A program made the translations under genes and the position numbers. From Mizuhopecten yessoensis (taxonomy: Eukaryota), in assembly GCF_002113885.1 (NCBI RefSeq), contig NW_018404940.1, positions 286,146 through 350,145 on the forward strand: a DNA stretch of 64,000 nt, given 5' to 3'. The notes under the pieces are model-generated. The model ran no database searches. It was not told the origin of the DNA and saw nothing but the letters and a program-made list of their open reading frames with translations. Positions 51,161-61,195 of the stretch are shown here, piece by piece. Each line of letters opens with the position of its first letter. Position 1 is the first letter of the stretch.

Positions 51161-51494
51161 ACACATATACTTTATATTGTACATGTATTTGCAGACAAGA
51201 CTAGCACAGAACTTTTATTTGTTGGAGGCGATGTTGCTATGCGTGTCCCACTTCAGATTGTGCCGGATACTACTTGCTATAATGTGATGTTGCGGAGTTA
51301 GCGGGTGCTTTTTTGTGCATTTGTTTTTGTAGAATGAAGTTGCATTTGTCGGGGTGCGCAATACCTTAAAAACACAAAAGTCGTTGGTTTTTCATATAGA
51401 CATAGATTTATTCTGACAATATATACATAAACATATGAAGGACATACGATTCTGCAGCTCGTATTATACATATACATTATTGAAATGTCGTTCA

Positions 51495-51590
51495 ACAAGA
51501 CATGTCACCAGTCCTCTTTGTGAACGACAAGACATGTCACCAGTCCTCTTTGTGAACGACAAGACATGTCATCAGTCCTCTTTGTGAACG
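51495..51590. repeat. 32-bp tandem repeat x3
   Basis: AAGACATGTCACCAGTCCTCTTTGTGAACGAC. Confidence 0.95.
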
Positions 51591-52059
51591 AATTGATTCT
51601 AATATTTAACCTTGCTATATGACTTTGTGGGTCTGAACCCTCTTTAATTATAAATAAGTCTGCAACTTCTTTGTCATATTTTCCTAAACATTATTGTATT
51701 CACCTCTACCATATCACTACATGTCTTAAATGAATATCGATATTGTCCCAGGCAATGGTCAGGATAAATGGAGTGTGACCAATAATTCGTGGTCAAGATT
51801 GATAAAGTGTGATGCATTTACTTTTGATCAGAGTTGTGTGGACCTCTAAATCCATTGTTATGATTAATGTTTTGTCATCTCTTAATTTATTATCAGATCA
51901 ACAGTCTTGACCTCTCATACACATCCAGAGCTCATGGAGTGGGACGTTTTATCTCATGACCAGGTTGATGGAATGTGACCGTCTGTTCGTTTTTCTTTTA
52001 CTTTAAAGCCTCTTTGTGAATGGTTCAAAGGATTGAGAAATTTAAGAAAGAATTGTGAG

Positions 52060-53270
52060 GAGGTGGGACCTCTTCATCAATTGTCTGGGCTGATAGAGTG
52101 GGACCTCTTCATCAATTGTCTGGGCTGATAGAGTGGGACCTTATTAATTGTCTGGGCTGATAGAGTGGGACCTCTTCATCAATTGTCTGGGCTGATAGAG
52201 TGGGACCTCTACATAAATTGTATGGACTGATAGAGTGGAACTTCTCTATCAATTGTCTGGGCTGATAGAGTGGAACTTCTCTATCAATTGTCTGGGCTGA
52301 TAGAGTGGAACTTCTCTATCAATTGTCTGGACTGATAGAGTGGAACTTCGCTATCAATTGTCTGGGCTGATAGAGTGGAACTTCTCTATCAATTGTCTGG
52401 GCTGATAGAGTGGAACTTCTCTATCAATTGTCTGGGCTGATAGAGTGGAACCTCTTTATAACTTGTCTGGGCTGATAGAGTGGAACCACCTCTTCAATTA
52501 TAATCTGGGCTGATAGAGTGGGGCCTCTTTATTATTGGTCTGGGCTGATAGGGTGAGGCCTACTTATTATTTCCTCTTCATTTATTGTCTGGGCTGATAG
52601 GGTGGGGCCTACTTATTACTTCCTCTTCATTAATTGTCTGGGAAGATAGAGTGGGGCCTCTTTATTATTTGTCTGGGCTGATAGGGTGAGGCCTACTTAT
52701 TACTTCCTCTTCATTTATTGTCTGGGCTGATAGGGTGGGGCCTACTTATTACTTCCTCTTCATTAATTGTCTGGGCTGATAGGGTGGGGCCTCTACATAA
52801 GTTGTCTGGGCTGATAGAGTGGGATCTCTTCATTAATTGTCTTGGATGATACAGTGGGACCTTATTAATTGTCTGGGCTGATAGAGTGGGACCTCTACAT
52901 TAATTGTCTGGGCTGATAGAGTGGGACCTCTTCATTAACTTTCTGGGCTGATAGAGTGGGACCTTATTAATTGTCTGGGCTGATAGAGTGGGACCTCTAT
53001 ATTAATTGTCTGGGCTGATAGAGTGGGACCTCTTCATTAATTGTCTGGGCTGATAGAGTGGGACCTTATTAATTGTCTGGGCTGATAGAGTGGGACCTCT
53101 TCATTAATTGGCTGGGCTGATAGAGTGGGACCTCTATACTAATTGTCTGGGCTGATAGAGTGGGTCCTCTATATTAATTGTCTGGGCTGATAGAGTGTGA
53201 CCTTATTAATTGTCTGGGCTGATAGAGTGGGACCTTATTAATTGTTTGGGTTGATAGAGTGGGACCTTTG
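52060..53270. repeat. 35-bp minisatellite (~33 copies, decayed copies extend to ~51760 and ~53500) just 3' of ZNF gene 1
   Basis: AATTGTCTGGGCTGATAGAGTGGGACCTCTTCAT(C/T). Period checked (52251 to 52286). Confidence 0.96.
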
Positions 53271-53693
53271 AATCATTGGTCAGGATTTATTGAGCATGAT
53301 CTCCAATTTATAATCAGGCTTGATGGAGTGTAACCTTTCATTTTTGGGTAGGTTTTGATGGATTAATTACGACACATTTGCATTTTTTTTTTCACCAGGT
53401 TTCCTGAAAGGAAACTATTGAATTACGGCCAGGATCTATAGAGTCTGACCTTTTAATAATGGTCATGAATGGTGGATTGTAACCATTTGTGCCTGGTCAA
53501 GGTTGAAGACTGTAAAAGTTGATTTGTTGTAAGGGCTGATTAATTGACAGAAGAACTATTAGATACAAATCAAAATTTACAGGAGTTCTGGCCATTTACA
53601 TTAAAATGAATATGATTACTTCGCTCCTAGTAAAAGTTAACAGAAAGTGACCCCTTTATACTTGCAAGTCAGGGTGTTGGAACTTGACCCATT

Positions 53694-56150
53694 TTACTCC
53701 TGATCAGGAGTAATGGAATCTGCCCCGCCGTAACCTTGATATTGAGAAGCGTTGAGATATTGTGATGCTAGACTTGTGTAGTATGCATATAGTGAGGATA
53801 TAGACAAGTTGTCAGGAGGCTCCATGTCATGTAGACATTTATTTAAAACATTGTCAACCCTTGGCAAGCTGAGATTGTTAGGCTCAGTCTGAGTTAATGT
53901 ATAACGTGCGTCGGCAACAATACCAACAGTCTGTTGAGAGCAGGCCATGGGGTAGTGGTATCTTGTTGGGTCCATGTGACTAGAGGTTGGAGGATTCAGG
54001 TAGGGGGAGTGTTGGTGAGGGTGTAAACTATACGATGCAACATTGTCTCCTTGATTACTGCCCAGGGGAGGTAACTGTGGGGGCAGGGGTAAGGGGCGGC
54101 AGTAGTCAATGGTGATGAAGGACTGGGCATCAGGAAGGCAGGTTGGATCAGAAGTTCCCTGCAGCATGTTTGGGGATGGGGACTCGTTAGTTGGACACGG
54201 GGGGAGTGCCTCAAGGTTACCTGTGTCAGGAGAAGGTTGTACAGCTGTATCTGAAACACAACCTTCCTGATATTTCAACTGAGAAATGCTTGACTGATTA
54301 GTGTCATTGTCTGCTTGTTCAATGATATTCTGTTTTTGGGATTCATTTGTTTTTGTATCCCTTAGATCAAAATCTTCCCCTAAATCCACAACGACATCCT
54401 CCTCTGCACTATCATGGTTCTCCTCTCCTGGGTTCTTTCGCCCCTTTTCAACAATATCTTCCCTCCAGGATTTGGTATCTTTATTGATTTTATGAACCAT
54501 TATTAAATGACGACGAATTATTCCTGAATCACCAAAAGATCGACCACAAACTTTGCAACAAAAAGGTTTCTCTCCCTTGTGTGACCGTTCATGTCTCTGC
54601 AGAGACTGTTTTTGTATAAAAGCACGTCCGCAGTCTTTACACTCATAAGCCTTCTTTTCCTGATGAATTTTTGCATGCATCTGTAAACCAGATCTTTGCT
54701 GAAATGCTTTTTTGCATATTTCACATTCAAATATTTTTTTACCTGAATGTACGAATTTATGATCTCGGAGAGCCGAGTCATACGTGAAACTTTTCCCACA
54801 AATATTACATGTAAATGGACGACTTCCAGAGTGGACATTCTGGTGCATATTTAGAGAGTGTTTAGTTGTGAAGCTTTTGCCGCACACAGGACACAGATAT
54901 GTACGATTTTCCCCATAATGTATAGACTTGATGTGGCATTTAAGGACATAATGAGAGGAAAATGTCTTCTCGCACATTCCGCAAGGAAAATCAGGTTTTA
55001 TATAACCATCCTTGTGAGATTTCAGATGGTCTTCCAGGGTTCGCAAAATCTTGTACGTCTTACCACAGACATCACAGCAGTATTGGGTGTCTCTGTGTAC
55101 CAGACGACAGTGGCGCTTGGCATACCTTTCACTTGGAAACAACTTCTGGCAGACGTTACATTTGGTGGGCTTTGCTCGATGCATGCGTGAATAGTGTTCT
55201 CTTATAGCAGTGTTACTTTTGTGAATAAAATTACATTCAACACATTGATACATCTTCAGGTCATTTTGTGATCTACTCTGTGTATTGTTTCCTCGATGAC
55301 TTGGATCAACTATTTCACACATATCCTCATTGACGACTATATAACACTTTTCAGTTGAAACTGCCTTTTTGTCATTTTCTTCCAGGAGTTCTTTTGAATT
55401 TGGGGAAGTGTGGGTATTGTTCTTGCATTTTTTCTTTTTTGAAAAAGATTTGCTACGTTTGTTTTCATTATTTCTCCTATTTGATGACGGTAAAGTAAAT
55501 TCCGTCTTAAAACAATCGACATTACTCCCAACGAATGAAATATATTTCTTTGCTACTGGTACTTCTTTGAATTCTTCCTCTCCAAGTGAGTCTTTTACTT
55601 TTGAGATGTCATCGTTGTGCTGCTTAACACTGGCGAACTCCTCTTCTTTACCAAGTGACGAGCAAATGTCAGATATCGTGTTTTTCAGCGAGTTATATTC
55701 ATGATTTTCGTAGTCACAATCATCATCAGGGTCCATATCCTTGACATCGACTGTAGCTTCCTTGCAAACCATGACGTTTGATGGTATATGCAACTCGGCA
55801 CCAGAATTAATATTAATCCGTGGAGTAGGCGTGTCTCTAGTTTTTATTTTCGTGGTATTGACACCATACTGGTCCGACGTACCGTAGATGTCCAGTGTCC
55901 TTGACAGCGTGTCATAAATCTGGCCTATCGGTGACCACTGACCCTCTAATCGGTAGTAGTTTGGTCTTTTAATCACACGAACACCGGAATTTTCACTTAC
56001 ACGACGCAACATGCCAACAAAATCAAAATGTTCGGGAAATTTCCCTACGAAATCTTTAGCGACATCTGCCCGAATTTTGGAGAAAATTGGTGTTGTGATG
56101 CTTCCTGGTAATTGCCTACTATGCATTTCACTAGACACTAGTGTCATCAT
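53694..56150 (-). CDS. C2H2 zinc-finger protein 1 (818 aa): N-terminal KH-like domain, 9 fingers, Pro/Gln/Ser/Tyr-rich tail
   Basis: Uninterrupted ORF with an in-frame TAA 5 codons upstream of the ATG. Nine C-x2-C-x12-H-x3/4-H fingers at 54492-55250, with SGSRPF and KGEKPF linkers. Confidence 0.93.
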   Translation of the reverse strand: MMTLVSSEMHSRQLPGSITTPIFSKIRADVAKDFVGKFPEHFDFVGMLRRVSENSGVRVIKRPNYYRLEGQWSPIGQIYDTLSRTLDIYGTSDQYGVNTTKIKTRDTPTPRININSGAELHIPSNVMVCKEATVDVKDMDPDDDCDYENHEYNSLKNTISDICSSLGKEEEFASVKQHNDDISKVKDSLGEEEFKEVPVAKKYISFVGSNVDCFKTEFTLPSSNRRNNENKRSKSFSKKKKCKNNTHTSPNSKELLEENDKKAVSTEKCYIVVNEDMCEIVDPSHRGNNTQSRSQNDLKMYQCVECNFIHKSNTAIREHYSRMHRAKPTKCNVCQKLFPSERYAKRHCRLVHRDTQYCCDVCGKTYKILRTLEDHLKSHKDGYIKPDFPCGMCEKTFSSHYVLKCHIKSIHYGENRTYLCPVCGKSFTTKHSLNMHQNVHSGSRPFTCNICGKSFTYDSALRDHKFVHSGKKIFECEICKKAFQQRSGLQMHAKIHQEKKAYECKDCGRAFIQKQSLQRHERSHKGEKPFCCKVCGRSFGDSGIIRRHLIMVHKINKDTKSWREDIVEKGRKNPGEENHDSAEEDVVVDLGEDFDLRDTKTNESQKQNIIEQADNDTNQSSISQLKYQEGCVSDTAVQPSPDTGNLEALPPCPTNESPSPNMLQGTSDPTCLPDAQSFITIDYCRPLPLPPQLPPLGSNQGDNVASYSLHPHQHSPYLNPPTSSHMDPTRYHYPMACSQQTVGIVADARYTLTQTEPNNLSLPRVDNVLNKCLHDMEPPDNLSISSLYAYYTSLASQYLNASQYQGYGGADSITPDQE

Positions 56151-56917
56151 GGAGTCAAAACATTATTCCGACAACGATAGCGACGAATCTTTCTATGTAC
56201 ACAAAACATCATCAAACCATTTTGACTCTTTTCTTCCTTTTTTGTGTGTGAAGAGCTACATCAAAAGGGAAATAACTCCTACTCTCAATTTATTAAGGAA
56301 GACTGTCCAGTATTATTTAAATTTTAAAACATTGAATCAAATATCTCATTTTGCTCTAAAAGCAAAGATCATTATTTTTTATGGTAAGTTTTCAAAAAAG
56401 AATACTTAAATAAATATATCAGAAGATTGATCATGAGATAAAACAAACAAGATGTATCAAAGCTGAACCAAATGATTCCTTTAAAAAATATTTTGCTCAC
56501 TAGAAGCAGAAATGTATTATACATCTCTGCTTGAAGGTTTCATTGTAAAGCATTGTCATGTGATGTCATAATTTTAGAGATTGGCCAATGACATTATGTC
56601 CAGGGTGCTTCCCATTTGTTTACCAACCAAATCTCAAATAGCAGGTCTATCCAATGAACCATAAGTGAGGAAACCTATAGTGGTTGTGGGAGAAGTTCTG
56701 CTCTGCCACAGCTGATGTGTCACAAATTGGTGTCGTTAACCATTTATGCTACAAAGTAAATATGCTTTAAAGAAAAAGGTTGCTCATGCTCAGTTGATGG
56801 AAATGGAGCTTATATAAGTTACCTACATTCTATATATTGGTATACTGTAAGTACTCAAGAGGTCTCCATATATTAAGTTTGATGATGGTTATACTTCTAC
56901 CAACCACGGATAATAAT

Positions 56918-57000
56918 TTGTGAACCGCTTTGAGACGACCTAAGAACTAGGTTGTGATAAAGCGGTATATAAGAACCTCAAATTAACATTATTTTTATTA
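56918..57000 (+). mobile_element. L2-type LINE/SINE 3' end
   Basis: TGTGAACCGCTTTGAG...TAAAGCGGTATATAAG stem-loop followed by an (ATT)n-like tail, typical of L2 3' termini. Confidence 0.55.
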
Positions 57001-57719
57001 CTAATGGTATTAGAGTAATGGGGCTAAACGTAAAGCTTTAACCAAGATGTTTTACCAACAGTAAATACCAACATTTAATGTCCTTACCACTATGTGGCAG
57101 CAGTACAAACATTTAAAAGTTTTAATTTTGAACCAATATACCAGCTAATTAAGAACTAACCACAAAAATTGGTTTGTTCATATGTTTTGTTTATTTCATT
57201 GTACAATACATGTCCTCTAATGCAAAGTGCATGTAATTAAATGACATGAGAGCTAGTTCACACCAAACTAAAAGATTATATCAAGCATATATGCATATAT
57301 AGGTACACAGTAAATGTAGATGTAGACAGTAATCATAGCACATATGAATATAATACATACATTGTATATTTCCTTTTAACAAACACTCCATATCAATGAT
57401 TGAAATGTTACACTTAGATGCATAATAAAGCCATCCTGCATCTCTATGTCTTAGAACAACATAGTTATTTGTATACATATGGCCCAAAACAAAGCATAGG
57501 CTAGATTCAACAGAATTTGACAAACTTGTCAATAACCATTCATTAATTAATATTATATAGGGTCAAATACTGTTGCAGCAAATATCTCAGATCCCACGAA
57601 GTGTATTTTATTTTTACATATTTAAGTGCAAAACAAAAAGCCACAATTGTTGCTATTGTTCTCCTGGACACTTAAGCAATCAGTGCAACATACCCTCTTA
57701 ATTATTGCAAATAATAAAT

Positions 57720-58330
57720 GTCTCAAGGGGAAGGGCCATACCCTGGAGCTTATCCTGTCAGCATGTCTGTTTACAATTCTTTAATGCCTGCAAGCAAGCA
57801 GTGGTTATTGGGTGGGAATCTGAACAGTTTTTATGTTATAATATGATCAAAGGCTTTAAAGTCCCTCGGAGCAGGGTCAGATCTCGGGGCCAATTCTAAC
57901 AGTATGATCATGTTCATCTGTTCATACCTTGAATTTGTAAAGTTATTGGGTGGGAATCTTAAATGTTTGCATTCCATGACTTATGGTTCCAAGTCCTCTG
58001 AGGTAAGGCAAGACCCCAGGGCAAATCCTGGTTACATACATATATGTACATGTATCTCTTCATGTTCAGAAATTGTGTACAATGTATATAGTTATTGGTT
58101 GGGGATCTCACTGTTTCCATTTCATGACCATAGTCCCCAGGTGATTATGAGCAGACCCTGCAGCCAATCCCCATAGCATACACGTATGTATTTGTCCCTT
58201 CATTCCCATTAGTTGAATAGCTGGTTAAAGGAGGTTGGGGGAGTGTTAAAATTCCATTCTGTGGTCCAGAAGGTCATTTTGAGAAAATGTTGATGGACGG
58301 ATGACAGACAGATGGATGAAAGATATTCCA
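57720..58330 (-). mobile_element. Decayed HINE-type element with ~140-150-bp internal units
   Basis: GTTATTGG(G/T)TGGG(A/G)ATCT recurs at ~57804, 57941 and 58091. GACGGATGACAGACAGA microsatellite at ~58300. Confidence 0.5.
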
Positions 58331-61195
58331 AAGTAAAAATATTGCCACATTATATATACATACATTAAAGTGAATGATCAGAATGGTCCTTCACCTGCTT
58401 TTCTAAAATACATATTGTATCTGGTTTTGAAAACAGAATAGCACCATGTCCATGTATGAATGACAACCAATATCACTTAACTGGTATCTGAAACTTCTGG
58501 TGTTAGCTACGGAATAATTCCTGGTAATGTAAGGTCATAACACAAAGATCTGTGACACACCAAACACTTCTCATAATGTTTTACATTGCAATTTATGTGT
58601 TGGGCCTATATGCACTTTAAAAAACACACTGTAGATTTCTGCATAATTCTTCTACAGAAATATATACATCTGATAGACTCGAGTGTTTGCCAAAAAATAA
58701 CAACTAAAGGAATCAGCTAGGAAACATGCAGTGACAAGAAACTTGCAGTGAAAAATCTCATTCTACGTTTACAGTATAGATACATGTATACAGTTACAAC
58801 TTCTGATGTGTAAATAAAATCAGAATATAGAATAATAATGCAATAGCACAGAAAATTATAAAAATCTTAATCCATTGTCAGGTTCTCAAGTTTAGGCAAT
58901 ATATGGTATTTATCTATATAAAATAAATGTATGATAGGAATAAACAAAACAATTAAATGGTTACTATTTTTGAAGTCACAGATATGCAATGTAGGTAGCA
59001 AAATATGGTGTTTAAAATGTTCAAACAGTAAGCTCTTCTAGTAGACAGGGAGCTTATTGTAGATAGATATATGTATATGTTTTATTAAAATTTGCATGCT
59101 GTGGTAAACTGTGACAGGAAGCCCTCTGCTATGTACCCCCATACCCAAGTCTGGTGATTGTCAGAGGGGTTAATCAGGGAAAATATGTCAAATAGAACTC
59201 AAACTGATCAAATATTGACAAATATGAAACGTTTCCAAAACACACAACATCTTTCCAAAAGTAATGCTACAGATAGTGTAAGAGCAGAGCGTCATTAGAA
59301 TATCTTCTGTAATATAAGAAATTATGTCCTTATGCCAGACGAAACCATTTTGACCTTCAATTTCAATTTCAAGCCTCAAGCTTTAAATAGGAAATGAAGC
59401 AAGGGCCTAAAAATGTTATGAAACACATCATTAATGGAAGATTTGTTATGCTTTTATATTTGAAGCAATGAATTTATTTGAAACTTCAAGATCAGGTGAC
59501 AGCTAGGTCGACATGGAGTAATGGTACAATGTCTATGCAGTTTCATCAATATATGTTTAACTTTTTAAAAAAAAAAGGAGAAGAAGGAGATGCTCCAACA
59601 GATTATCACAGATTTCATCATGTAGCACATTCTCTGTGTAGTCTAAATGATAAAATGCATGGACCTGCATGTTGCAGGCATATGCGGTCAGGAATTGATA
59701 GCGTAACCACTATTCAAGAATTGAAAGTATGTAACTTGAATTCATGGTTTTTGTACTTTAATTATTTTTCCATTTTTAGGGAATTATTGAAGAAGACACT
59801 GAAGCACATTGTACTTCATAAATGGCACAGATGGAAAGGCAATGGTATATTATGAATACCTTGAAGAGACAGGAAGACAGGTGTATAAAAGGAGGGGGAG
59901 GGGCGTTGTTGAGTTTACTGAAAAAAAAGGTGCTTTTTTTGTTTACCTTTTTAACCATCCCAATCAAATTTTCTATGGGGGAATTTTCAATTTTCAGCTA
60001 ACTTGGATCCTATCTTATATATACATTGTATATAGACATTTATAATAAACGTTGATGCACAATGATAATATTGACAATCCCCATGTGATTAAGATATATC
60101 TGCAACCACAAGAAGTTGAAATATTTGGGACAACTGTAACACCTTTGATGATAGTAAGATAGTCCAGAGTACCTTTACAGTTTACAGTTTAAATAGTTTC
60201 TATAGTACATAGACTTAGATCTAAATTAAAAATGTCACTTTCACAAACAAATTTCAATTCAAAGCAAAAACCACAAAAAAAGTGTGAAGAATAAAGGTTT
60301 ACAGATTACATGCATGTATGTATACTTTGCATAGAATTTATGATACACAAACCATAAAATATCCAACATCTTAATTCTTCAGTCACTAACAAAAATGAAG
60401 GACCATGTTAAATTAGATTGCCTTGGTAGGATGCCAATTTGGTCTCAGCTAGCTATATAGGTAATATCGGTTTGTAAGTTCAATCTGGAGACAATTTTGC
60501 CTAATGTTACAATATGGCCAAACATAATTTCTGTATGAGCCTTATGTTGAATCCACTTCATCCAAAAGGTTTTTACACAGAATGTTAAAGCACTTACAAA
60601 ATCCTGTTATTTATAAGAAAATACATTTTAAAATACTGGGTACTAATCCACATATTTAATAGATGCACAATTACAGCTTACGCATCATATTTAATCTTCT
60701 TTTTTATAAAAAAAATCTTTGTTCAAGAAAAAATAAATTGGTTTACAACGTCTAATTCACAATCTTGGTTAACATCTAATTCACAGTGAGAACTATTAGG
60801 TGTAGATTATAATGTGAATCACACTGTGTACAGGCTGTGTTAGTGAGGTGCTGGACTGCTAATTGGTACACTATAATTCCAAAATTGAGGCAATAAGCAT
60901 ATACACACTTATATGTGTAATGCATGTTATATTGATGCATTAACACAAGTTTAGGCATTAAGGGTCTAACGGGTGTCCCAAGCAAGTGATCGGTTACACA
61001 TTGGAATATGGGACAAAACTGTCAAATAATAGGGGTCCCTTTAAAGTTTTTGCTGTTTTGATAGAAAAACCTTGTAAGCACATATACAATCACTGTGTTG
61101 TAATGCTGATGAGAAGTTGTCAACTTAGGTATAAGCTGTCGACATCTACTTGTAAGCTAATGCTGTGAATATATATGGACCGGGCTATATATGGG

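Noticed and set aside
52225-52450. Resemblance of CTCTATCA/TGATAGAG to tetO half-sites (vector contamination)
   Set aside because: Spacing is wrong for tetO, and the motif grades continuously into the native 35-bp array.
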